From Candidatus Marsarchaeota archaeon (GTDB lineage Archaea; Micrarchaeota; Micrarchaeia; Micrarchaeales; Micrarchaeaceae): a stretch of 64,000 bases of DNA. The position numbers were made by a program, and so were the translations under genes. The DNA is taken from the NCBI GenBank assembly GCA_023485545.1, contig JAMCZI010000005.1, forward strand, positions 967-64,966, given 5' to 3'. Positions 1-8,542 of the stretch are shown one piece after another (the stretch's first letter is position 1; every line of letters begins with the position of its first letter). The notes under the pieces are model-generated. The model searched no databases. It saw only the letters and a program-made list of their open reading frames with translations, and had not been told where the DNA came from.

Positions 1-1133
1 TTTTGCTTCCTTAGCGCACCTGTCCAGTTCCAGTACGCCGATATCTCAGCGTCCTTCTCTATCATATCTATAAGCTCCAGGTCGGATTTTGCACCTTTGT
101 TGTTGAAGGCTCTTATCTTCCGCCTTATGAGATCGGTAAATCCTTCAGCTCCTGCCAGCGGCTCCTTGCCAACCCCCTCTCTTCCCTCTATCTCAGCCAG
201 CTTTTCAGGATCGTGCCTCCTCAGGTAGTGGGCGTAAAGGAAGCCTATGAAGTACTCTGTCTGTTTAGGGAATGGCACGTGCGCTATGATGAAGTCAATG
301 TTGTCTATGTTCATCTTTTCTGCGAAAAGCTCGGCCTCCTCAAAAGCCTCTGCTACTGCATATACATACATTATCTTGGAGAATGTAGAGTGCACCAGCG
401 GCGTCTCCTCCCCGTATTTTGTGAAATCGGAGAAGGGCCCATGGAAGGCGTGCGATACACCAACGGGGAATGAAACCAGCGAGGGGTTTTCCGTAATCCA
501 CATCAGGGCTGCTGCCGCGCCTTGCGTTCCTTCGGCGTTCTTCGCCCTCAGATCGCTGTAAACGGAAGTATCTACAGATATGACGAGAGAGGATCCTTTT
601 TGGGATGTGTACGAGCCTACCGCAACATCATTTATCGCCTCTCCCAGCGCCAAGACTCCGCCCACGCATGCATATGTGATGGGCACAACTCTGGCCCTTT
701 TCAGCATCTCAATTATATCGTCATATGCTCTATCCTTTGGGAGGTATGAGGCGACCATCAACAGGCTGGGCTCTATTTCCGGCCTGCTCCTGTCGGGGTT
801 GCTTTCGGTCGCAAAATAAATGCTGCGTATGGGCTCATTGCGCAGCTTTGCCATTGTTTCCTTGTCAGAAGCCGCATCTTTGATAAACCGGTACAGCCCG
901 TTGGCCACCATTGTAGAGTTGTTCTCAGTTATGCCTGGCAGCCTGACCTCATTTATCCTTAACCCCCCAGATATCTTGCCGTTTTCAAACCCCAATTCAG
1001 ATTCAAGGTCCGCGCTTCGTATCGCCGTACCAGGAGTTGTTACTACCATGCGCTCTATCCCTATGTCTGGATTGTTCTTTACCACTGGAAGAACGGTGCT
1101 GTTTTCAGCTCTTTTCACGTATTCAATCTCCAT
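1..1133 (-). CDS. mvaS: HMG-CoA synthase family protein (3' end runs off the window)
   Basis: Not in the ORF track; hand translation from ATG at 1133 gives MEIEYVKR...IYFATESNPDRSRP...ITYACVGG...NAEGTQGAAAA...IAHVPFPKQ, i.e. the catalytic Glu, Cys and His motifs of HMGCS. Confidence 0.8.
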   Translation of the reverse strand, partial: MEIEYVKRAENSTVLPVVKNNPDIGIERMVVTTPGTAIRSADLESELGFENGKISGGLRINEVRLPGITENNSTMVANGLYRFIKDAASDKETMAKLRNEPIRSIYFATESNPDRSRPEIEPSLLMVASYLPKDRAYDDIIEMLKRARVVPITYACVGGVLALGEAINDVAVGSYTSQKGSSLVISVDTSVYSDLRAKNAEGTQGAAAALMWITENPSLVSFPVGVSHAFHGPFSDFTKYGEETPLVHSTFSKIMYVYAVAEAFEEAELFAEKMNIDNIDFIIAHVPFPKQTEYFIGFLYAHYLRRHDPEKLAEIEGREGVGKEPLAGAEGFTDLIRRKIRAFNNKGAKSDLELIDMIEKDAEISAYWNWTGALRKQ

Positions 1134-1203
1134 CTAATCTGTGATATCACGCAGGAAAGGTTTAAATAGCGACGAAGTGCTGATAGACTAATAACGAAGT
1201 GTA

Positions 1204-2229
1204 TCAGTCGCGCCTCATAATTAGGTTGAGGAACCCGTACTCATTGACGGTCTTTTGCATTTCCCCCCTCTTTTTCTGGGAATCCAGATTGATGAAATCC
1301 TTGTACGGCACTATGTGCACCTCTCCGAAGCTTTTCAGATAATCCGCGAGTTCGGAGAAATTGACGTCCACAGTTATCTGGAATTTTGGCGCCAGCTCTT
1401 CGAGCTCGTTTGATAAGGAGCTTTTGCCACGGCTTCCGTAAGCCCTTACGCCCTCCTTCCTCAACCACGATGGAATATTGCCTACCCATCCATAGTCGTG
1501 TATGAAAAGCATTCCTCCTCTAGAAAGCTTGTTAACCAGGTTTTCGAGAAGCCTTATCGAATTGGGGGACACCGTAACTAGCTCTCCTTCACGGAGTCCG
1601 TATACTATCTCTTTTTCGCTGCTGTTCAAAGACTCAAATCTCGCCCCTGATTCGCCGCACTTTATCGAAAACCTTCTTCCTACGATGCTGAAACCTTCTG
1701 GAACCACCTTCTCGAGGGGCCTCATCTCATAAATATCTCCGTTGTGCACTGTGTATATCAAAGACCCTATATCATCAAATAGCTCGTTCGCGACTATCAG
1801 GTCATATTTGCCATCGAAGTCCTCCACAGTGAGATCCTTCCTAAGCAGCCGCGTCCTGAAAAAGTCGTTGTCGCGTTTTTCTAGTATCCTGTTCGCCTTT
1901 ATGAGCGCATATTGCGACAGGTCTATCCCTGTATACTCTACCATTTTTGCCGCTTCAGCATGGCTTCCAGATTCGATTGACTTCATCGATTCGTACAGCC
2001 CTTCCATGAAATAGCCGCTGTTGCATCCGACTTCAAGAATGCGCAGCGGTCCTCTTTCGGTACGGTAGCCTCCAAATTCGTGCAGGAGGAACCCTGCAAA
2101 TGCATTCCTATAAACCGAGTTCATCGACTCTGTGACGAACGGGAGCTCGACGCTCATCATGGAAGTGTAGAACCTCTTATTCGACATCTCCACGCTTATT
2201 GTTGGCATTAAAGTAAAGCTGCGCACCAT
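1204..2229 (-). CDS. SAM-dependent methyltransferase, MidA/NDUFAF7-like
   Basis: ILEVGCNSG SAM motif, IVANELFDD, HDYG, ITVDVNF motifs; start moved to ATG 2229 (track ORF extends to 2295). Confidence 0.7.
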   Translation of the reverse strand: MVRSFTLMPTISVEMSNKRFYTSMMSVELPFVTESMNSVYRNAFAGFLLHEFGGYRTERGPLRILEVGCNSGYFMEGLYESMKSIESGSHAEAAKMVEYTGIDLSQYALIKANRILEKRDNDFFRTRLLRKDLTVEDFDGKYDLIVANELFDDIGSLIYTVHNGDIYEMRPLEKVVPEGFSIVGRRFSIKCGESGARFESLNSSEKEIVYGLREGELVTVSPNSIRLLENLVNKLSRGGMLFIHDYGWVGNIPSWLRKEGVRAYGSRGKSSLSNELEELAPKFQITVDVNFSELADYLKSFGEVHIVPYKDFINLDSQKKRGEMQKTVNEYGFLNLIMRRD

Positions 2230-2297
2230 ATATTTAAATGTTGCTTTTGCGCCATAACGCCGCATCCGTATAATAAGTATACTGCGGAAAACCAATA

Positions 2298-3152
2298 ATG
2301 GATAATCAAAATCCGATAATATCCGGGTTCCACATAGCAGAGCTGCTCTCTTCAGCCAACGGCAAGGCCCAGATCAGCCTTGATCTCGGATTGTCCAAAG
2401 CTACAGTCGAAAAATCTAAAGAAGGGACAACATTCCCCGGCGGTCAGTTCATTTCCACTGAAAAGATGCTGCACGCAAAAAGGCGGCACCATGACGAAGA
2501 CTGCTTCGCAATCGATGGCAATTCGATGTTCTACCTTTACAGGTTCGACGGAAAGACGGCATACAGGCTGTATGAGCCAAAGAAGGACTGGCCTCCAACC
2601 CTGTGGATAAACGGCAGCATGATGCACACAGTTTCAGTTTCGAAGCCTACGGATGAGGCGATGGAGAAGGCGCGAGAGCTCGGGCGGCGCCCAGGAAAGG
2701 TCTTAGAGACATGCTTCGGGCTGGGCTACTCCGCGATGGCGCTAACGCAGAAATGCGGTGCGACAGAGGTGCGCAGCCATGAAATATCAAGCGATGTTCT
2801 GGACATAGCGCGTGAAAACCCCTGGTCTCGCCAGGCGTTGTCCGATAGCAGAATAAGCGTAAGCAACGACGACATAAAGGAAGCCATACATGAAATTGAA
2901 GACGGCTCGTTCGACTCTGTGCTCCACGATCCTCCCAACGTCAAGATAGACGGCGAGCTCTATTCAGAGAAATTCTACTCTGAGCTTTTCAGGGTGCTGA
3001 AGCGCGGAGGGAGGCTATACCACTTCGTAGGGGGCGGCAAGACGCCTCATGAATACAAGGTGAACTATACGCGTGGGGTAATGCGCAGGCTTTCTGAAGC
3101 CGGCTTTTCCAATGTAAAGAAATCGTACCGCGGCGTAACCGCGATAAAATGA
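2298..3152 (+). CDS. Predicted archaeal SAM-dependent methyltransferase (COG2521-like)
   Basis: VLETCFGLGYSA, VLHDPP, ELYSEKFYSELFRVLKRGGRLYH. Confidence 0.75.
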   Translation: MDNQNPIISGFHIAELLSSANGKAQISLDLGLSKATVEKSKEGTTFPGGQFISTEKMLHAKRRHHDEDCFAIDGNSMFYLYRFDGKTAYRLYEPKKDWPPTLWINGSMMHTVSVSKPTDEAMEKARELGRRPGKVLETCFGLGYSAMALTQKCGATEVRSHEISSDVLDIARENPWSRQALSDSRISVSNDDIKEAIHEIEDGSFDSVLHDPPNVKIDGELYSEKFYSELFRVLKRGGRLYHFVGGGKTPHEYKVNYTRGVMRRLSEAGFSNVKKSYRGVTAIK

Positions 3153-3155
3153 GCA

Positions 3156-3228
3156 TGCGACCGCCGGGATTTGAACCCGGGTTTTTGCCTTGGAGGGGCA
3201 AAGTCCTACCAGGCTAGACTACGATCGC
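3156..3228 (-). tRNA. tRNA-Gly(UCC), C at position 33, no encoded CCA
   Basis: Reverse complement GCGATCGTAGTCTAGCCTGGTAGGACTTTGCCCCTCCAAGGCAAAAACCCGGGTTCAAATCCCGGCGGTCGCA folds as a cloverleaf; anticodon loop CC-TCC-AA. Confidence 0.9.
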
Positions 3229-3253
3229 ACGGCATAAGCTTATGCAAGAAAAC

Positions 3254-4165
3254 CTATTTATGACTTGATGGAGGCATGTCAGAAAGCTTCCTGTCTATCC
3301 CGAGCAGCAGGTCTATCAGCAGCCCGCTTATTATGGAGAGGAAACCCACCACTACAAGCATAAAAGCTATAAGGGCTCTTCCGACCTCGTTCATGACTCC
3401 TGTGGCTAGGTACGTGAAGAACACCATAAGCCCGATCACCAAGCCCACCACTATCAGTATTACACCTATGCTCCCGAATATGAGGAGCGGGTTGTAGTCC
3501 CTTGCGAGCCTGATCATGTGCGATGCCACGCCTACCCCATAAAGCACCTTAGAGCGCGAGAGCTTCGACTCTCCTTCAGAACGAGGGTAATACTCCACCG
3601 GAACCTCAACTATCCTGTAGCCCTTCTTGGCGAGTTCTATCGCGAAGAAAGCATGCCCTGCGCGGTAGGGTGCCATATCCTTCACGCTGTTGAAAGCCTT
3701 CCTGCTCACAACAAACATCCCAACAAGAAAATCGTGCACGTTCACGCCGTACATGTGCCTGTACAGCCTAGAGAGAAACCTGTTGCCAAACCTCTGGTGG
3801 AACGACATAGATCCAGGATGGAGGTTCTTGAGCCTGTTGCCCATTACCATATCTGCTTTTCCTTCCTTGATTATCTTGTAGCCTTCTAACAGTGAATGGG
3901 GGTCATGCGTCCCATCCCCGTCTATGCTTGCAATTATGTCAGAACGCGCCCTCTTGAGCCCTTCGAACACCGCATTCTCCACCCCGCTGCTCTGCTGCCT
4001 TATCAGAACTACGCCTATCTTGGCAAGCCTTCTCCTATAGGCCTCGCTGCTCTTGTCCACTACTATTATCTCGGGGTTCCTGAACTCCTTCCTTATGCGT
4101 GCTATCAGCTTGAAGACTCCCTCCTCCTCTATGGTGGGTATGATTATAGATATAACAGGCTTCAT
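3254..4165 (-). CDS. GT2 glycosyltransferase (dolichol-phosphate sugar synthase-like) with C-terminal TM helices
   Basis: ISIIIPT, IIVVD, IDGDGTH (DxD), RSEGESKL, two hydrophobic C-terminal helices. Confidence 0.85.
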   Translation of the reverse strand: MKPVISIIIPTIEEEGVFKLIARIRKEFRNPEIIVVDKSSEAYRRRLAKIGVVLIRQQSSGVENAVFEGLKRARSDIIASIDGDGTHDPHSLLEGYKIIKEGKADMVMGNRLKNLHPGSMSFHQRFGNRFLSRLYRHMYGVNVHDFLVGMFVVSRKAFNSVKDMAPYRAGHAFFAIELAKKGYRIVEVPVEYYPRSEGESKLSRSKVLYGVGVASHMIRLARDYNPLLIFGSIGVILIVVGLVIGLMVFFTYLATGVMNEVGRALIAFMLVVVGFLSIISGLLIDLLLGIDRKLSDMPPSSHK

Positions 4166-4247
4166 AGATTAACATCCCAAAAGCTAACTTTTATATCTTG
4201 CTAAAAGAAGACTATAAATATAAATCCTTAGCCTTTGAGCTGGTAAG

Positions 4248-5366
4248 ATGAGAATAGCATTTGCCTATGACCTTCCGTACCCTTGGCATATAGGCGGGAT
4301 AGAGCAGATAAACGCCACTGAAGCGGAAGAGCTTGCAAAGGCAAACGAGGTGCACTTCTTCACGATGCGGTGGCCGAATATGCCTAGCACAACCGTGCGC
4401 AACGGCGTTAACTACCACGCATGGTATCCAGCTTCGATAAATACTGTCTACAGGCACGGCAGGCGCTCGATACGCAAGGCTCTTGCTTTCTCCTTCGGGC
4501 TTTTGAGGCTCTTCGGTTACCGCTTCGACCTTCTTGTCATAGACCAGTTCCCTTATCTGCATATACCGATAGCCGTGGTATATGCGAAGCTTACGGGCTG
4601 CAAGCTTGTCATACGTGTTGCAGAAGTGTGGTCCCTGGATTACTGGAAATCATATCTCGGGGTGCTTGGCGCACCTGCGCATTCGCTAGCCATCTCCCTC
4701 TCAAAGATGGGCGACCACTACATCGCCAACTCACAGAAGACGATGCAGCAGCTTGAGCAGATAGGGGTAAAGCGGTCTAAAATAAAGGTTTTTGCGCCAG
4801 TCCTCAACAAGGAAGCGCTTGATTTTGCATTGAAGTCATCACACACTAAGCGCAGGCGTGTTGTTTTTTCTGGAAGGCTGATTAAGGAAAAGCGCATTGA
4901 TGCATGGATAAGGGCGGTTGGCAAAGCCTCAAAGCTTGACAGCCGCATAAATGGTACGATAATAGGGAAGGGCGCAGAGGAGGCTAGCCTCAAGAAACTC
5001 GTAAAGGACCTCAAGCTCGATCATGTGATCTCATTCAAGCGCTTCTTCAAGAGCAAGTCCTCGCTGTACAAGTATATTGCAGAGTCATCTGTTCTGCTCA
5101 ACATGTCATCGCGCGAGGGCCTCAGCATAATTACCCTTGAGGCGATTGCACTCGGGACAAGAGTTCTTCTGCCATCCGATTCTCCCATACCTGAAGACAT
5201 AAAGGAAATGTGCACCGTCGCGGAAGAAAGCGCAATACCAATGGCACTGAAGAGGATATGCTCTAATCCGGAGCAGAAGCGCGAAAGGATTCAAAGCCTA
5301 GAACGTTACTACTCCTCCAACGTCGTATCATTCTATTCCGCGTTGACAAAGGAAATGGGATTGTGA
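4248..5366 (+). CDS. GT4 (GT-B) glycosyltransferase
   Basis: GGIE N-terminal motif, FSGRLIKEK, EGLSIITLEAIALG (E-x7-E). Confidence 0.85.
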   Translation: MRIAFAYDLPYPWHIGGIEQINATEAEELAKANEVHFFTMRWPNMPSTTVRNGVNYHAWYPASINTVYRHGRRSIRKALAFSFGLLRLFGYRFDLLVIDQFPYLHIPIAVVYAKLTGCKLVIRVAEVWSLDYWKSYLGVLGAPAHSLAISLSKMGDHYIANSQKTMQQLEQIGVKRSKIKVFAPVLNKEALDFALKSSHTKRRRVVFSGRLIKEKRIDAWIRAVGKASKLDSRINGTIIGKGAEEASLKKLVKDLKLDHVISFKRFFKSKSSLYKYIAESSVLLNMSSREGLSIITLEAIALGTRVLLPSDSPIPEDIKEMCTVAEESAIPMALKRICSNPEQKRERIQSLERYYSSNVVSFYSALTKEMGL

Positions 5367-5367
5367 A

Positions 5368-6879
5368 ATGGAGAAATCGCTAAATCATGAAATAAAAAAA
5401 GTCGCTATCGCATTATGCGGAATAGCTGCAATTTTAATAGCGGCAAATTTCATAATTGCAGGAAGCCCTTCATTTATCCTTTATTCGTTCCTGTTCTTCG
5501 TAGTGCTTGCATTCATAATTTCGGCGAACGATCATAGCATACGCACTGCAGTAATATTTGCGATAGCGCTCATAGTAGCGGGGGCTATAGGGTATGCAAA
5601 CATAAGCGTACTAAAGCTATCCAGCCTCGGCGCCCCAATATTCCTTTTTGCATTCGTCATCGCTGCTGTCGTGTCCATATATGCTGAACTCGGAATATTG
5701 CGGACTGCTGCGATAAGCGGCTCGGTGCTCGTAGCATTCCTTGAGTACCTTGCAGCGCCGGCTGAATCTGTGCTTCTGAGTACAAATGCGGCCATACTGG
5801 GATACTATCTGCTCATATCCTCTGTTATTGCACTCCTAATAGCTTCGTCATCTTTGAGCCAGTGGATCGAAAGGCGCATAGCCTCAATTTCTTCTGGCAA
5901 AAATTCCATCAAAGCCGCGTATGTTCTTATCGTTTTTGTTGCAATCCTCCTCGTGCTGCCTATATGGCCGTCGTATGTTCCAATACGCGCTTCAGGGCTG
6001 CCTTACGCATCATTCACCATCGAGCCGGCTAATGGCTCTCAGCCTACGAACTACATAAGCATCAACGCCACGCGACTTTCGCTTTACGCTGATTACAACC
6101 TCTCGAATATTGCGCTTTACATAAATGGCATGAGCGTCCCAGCCGTAGTGCTTGGCAATGCAAACCTTCAGTATGAAAACGCAATCATCTACATAGAAGG
6201 CGCTCCGCCTGCAGTAGGGGAGAAGATGGACATATACTTCCTGCCATTCGATTATTCTGGAGTGCAGACACCACAGCGCGTATCGGAAAGCAATTTCACT
6301 CCGTACAGAGTGACTGCGCTGCACGCGAAATTCGCATCGCTTACCTACCATGGAAGCTACACAAACGTAACTCGAACTTATACTGAATCGTATCGCTCCA
6401 ACCATTCTTCGTCCTCAAAGATAGTAGTCTATCCCCCATATTTTGTCAATCCCGTTTGCCCCTCTGGCTCAAACGAGTCGTTGCAGCTCCTGATACATAC
6501 TAACGTAACCTCTAGCCTGTTCCTGCTCTCAGGCGAATCCAACTTTTCAAGGGCAGTTTCAGAATCGTATTCAAACTACTCTTACTCATCATACCTGCGC
6601 AGCTTTGGCGCAAACTCTTATGCCAAGTACCTGAATGCGACTTCAGCATATTTCAACAAAACGCTCGATTCATGCATGTACTATGCGATAGTGCCTGAGC
6701 ATCCGGCGCTGGTGCAAATCCAGAAGAACGAAAGCTATTACCTTAACAAGTCAGTTACAGAAACACTAAAGGCGCCATCAATACTCAGCACAAGCGCGCG
6801 CGGCGTCCTCATAAGGCCGAATTTCCTGCCATTCAACATCAGGTACCTGCAGATGGAGCTCAATCCCGGAAAGCAATAA
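5368..6879 (+). CDS. Multi-TM membrane protein with extracellular, N-x-S/T-rich C-terminal domain
   Basis: About 7 hydrophobic segments in the first 200 aa, then an Asn/Ser/Tyr-rich domain; follows the GT4 gene directly. Confidence 0.6.
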   Translation: MEKSLNHEIKKVAIALCGIAAILIAANFIIAGSPSFILYSFLFFVVLAFIISANDHSIRTAVIFAIALIVAGAIGYANISVLKLSSLGAPIFLFAFVIAAVVSIYAELGILRTAAISGSVLVAFLEYLAAPAESVLLSTNAAILGYYLLISSVIALLIASSSLSQWIERRIASISSGKNSIKAAYVLIVFVAILLVLPIWPSYVPIRASGLPYASFTIEPANGSQPTNYISINATRLSLYADYNLSNIALYINGMSVPAVVLGNANLQYENAIIYIEGAPPAVGEKMDIYFLPFDYSGVQTPQRVSESNFTPYRVTALHAKFASLTYHGSYTNVTRTYTESYRSNHSSSSKIVVYPPYFVNPVCPSGSNESLQLLIHTNVTSSLFLLSGESNFSRAVSESYSNYSYSSYLRSFGANSYAKYLNATSAYFNKTLDSCMYYAIVPEHPALVQIQKNESYYLNKSVTETLKAPSILSTSARGVLIRPNFLPFNIRYLQMELNPGKQ

Positions 6880-6913
6880 ATATTAATTCATAGCCATCAT
6901 CATTATTGACAAG

Positions 6914-8452
6914 GTGTTTTATCTGGCTGAGGGAAATCAACCATCTGCTGGATCCGAGCAGCATGTGGTGAGCAGGGAAGTAAAGGAGTTCTGGCGTCAT
7001 GGCAACAGCCTTTTCGAGGAGAGCAAGTTCGAGGAGGCGATAGAGCAGTACACAAGGGCGATAGAGCTCGACGGGGAGTACGCGGACGCCTATTTTAACA
7101 GGGCGCTCAACGAAACCATGCTGCACCGCTATTCTGAAGCTAAGCAGGACCTCCAGAAGGTGATGGAGCTTCAGCCTGGCAGCCCAGACGCACCTCTTCT
7201 CATGGGCGACATATCAGAGACAAATGACGACCTCATAAGCGCCCGTTTTTGGTACGAGAAGTCCCTTTCATTGAAGCCAGACTATTCCGAAGCGAAGAGC
7301 AGGCTGGAGAAGATAGACGCGATGCTTCACATGGAGGCGCCAAAGCCCAAGTCCTCATCCCAAGCAGGGTTGTCGCCGCAGAGCCAGAAGAAGTCAAGCG
7401 AGCAGGCTACTGTGATAGAGGACGGCCAGATAAAGAAGCTGCCTTTCTACAAGTCGACGATGACCTTTGACAAGGTCATGGGTCTTGAAAAGATCAAGAA
7501 GTACCTGAAGGAAAATGTCGTTCTTGCGATACAGCGCCCCGACCTTTTCAAGAAATACGGCAAGGATCTCGGCGTCGGGCTGTTGCTCTACGGTCCTCCC
7601 GGGGTCGGAAAGACCTACATAGTCAACGCGATAGCTGGCGAGAGCGGCGCCAATGTGCTAATAGCAAGGATAAACCAGATAGTGGACATGTACACAGGCA
7701 ACACGGAGAAGAACCTTCATGCAATATTCGAGCAGGCAAGGAAGAACACCCCTTGCATAATATTCTTCGATGAGCTCGACGCCCTCGGAGTAAAGCGCGG
7801 CGGCGGAGGCGGGGAAGGAGGAGAATCCTCTGCTCTCCGTCTAGCCGTCAACCAGTTCCTGGTGGAGATGAATGGGGTCGAGGAGAATCCAGAGGGCATA
7901 TTCGTCATAGGCGCCACGAACCAGCCGTGGGACATCGATCCCGCGCTGAAAAGAAGCGGCAGATTCGGCGACAGCGTATACATACGCCCTCCTACTTACA
8001 AGGAGAGGAAGGCAACGTTCGAGCTCTACACCAGGAACAAGCAGAGGGGCAGGCTGAGCTACGGCCGCCTGGCAAGAGCAACCTCCGGTTACAGCCCTGC
8101 AGACATAAAGAGGATATGCGACAAGGCTGCAATGCGCCCCCTGCTCCATGAGTACCAGTTCAATAAGCAAAGGAACCTTACCATGTCCGACATGATGGCG
8201 ATACTGAAGGACAAGGACGTCTCAGGCAGCTCGCTTGACGAGTGGTACTCAATGGTCAAGAAGGATGTCATAAGCAAGACAGAGACTCAGATAGTTGACG
8301 GCAAGAAGCAGGAGGTCGTAAAGGAGGGCAAGCTCGACCCACAGGAGAAGATACTCTACAAAGCCCTGATAAAGGACATAAAGAAGAACACATCCTCAAC
8401 GAGGATACGCATGAAAAAGTTCATGCGCTGGTGGGCGCTGCACCTGTTCTGA
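6914..8452 (+). CDS. TPR-domain AAA+ ATPase (CDC48/Vps4-related single AAA module)
   Basis: About 3 TPR repeats, Walker A GPPGVGKT, Walker B IFFDE, SRH ATNQPWDIDPALKRSGRF. Confidence 0.85.
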   Translation: MFYLAEGNQPSAGSEQHVVSREVKEFWRHGNSLFEESKFEEAIEQYTRAIELDGEYADAYFNRALNETMLHRYSEAKQDLQKVMELQPGSPDAPLLMGDISETNDDLISARFWYEKSLSLKPDYSEAKSRLEKIDAMLHMEAPKPKSSSQAGLSPQSQKKSSEQATVIEDGQIKKLPFYKSTMTFDKVMGLEKIKKYLKENVVLAIQRPDLFKKYGKDLGVGLLLYGPPGVGKTYIVNAIAGESGANVLIARINQIVDMYTGNTEKNLHAIFEQARKNTPCIIFFDELDALGVKRGGGGGEGGESSALRLAVNQFLVEMNGVEENPEGIFVIGATNQPWDIDPALKRSGRFGDSVYIRPPTYKERKATFELYTRNKQRGRLSYGRLARATSGYSPADIKRICDKAAMRPLLHEYQFNKQRNLTMSDMMAILKDKDVSGSSLDEWYSMVKKDVISKTETQIVDGKKQEVVKEGKLDPQEKILYKALIKDIKKNTSSTRIRMKKFMRWWALHLF

Positions 8453-8542
8453 ATTGTGGATAACCCCATGGAAAGGCATATAGAAATAGCCTTCAATTGT
8501 ATCACATGCAGCGTTGCATGTGCATAAAAATTGGTTCTTTGC

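Noticed and set aside
213..1137. Five short plus-strand ORFs
   Set aside because: Antisense shadows of the minus-strand HMG-CoA synthase gene
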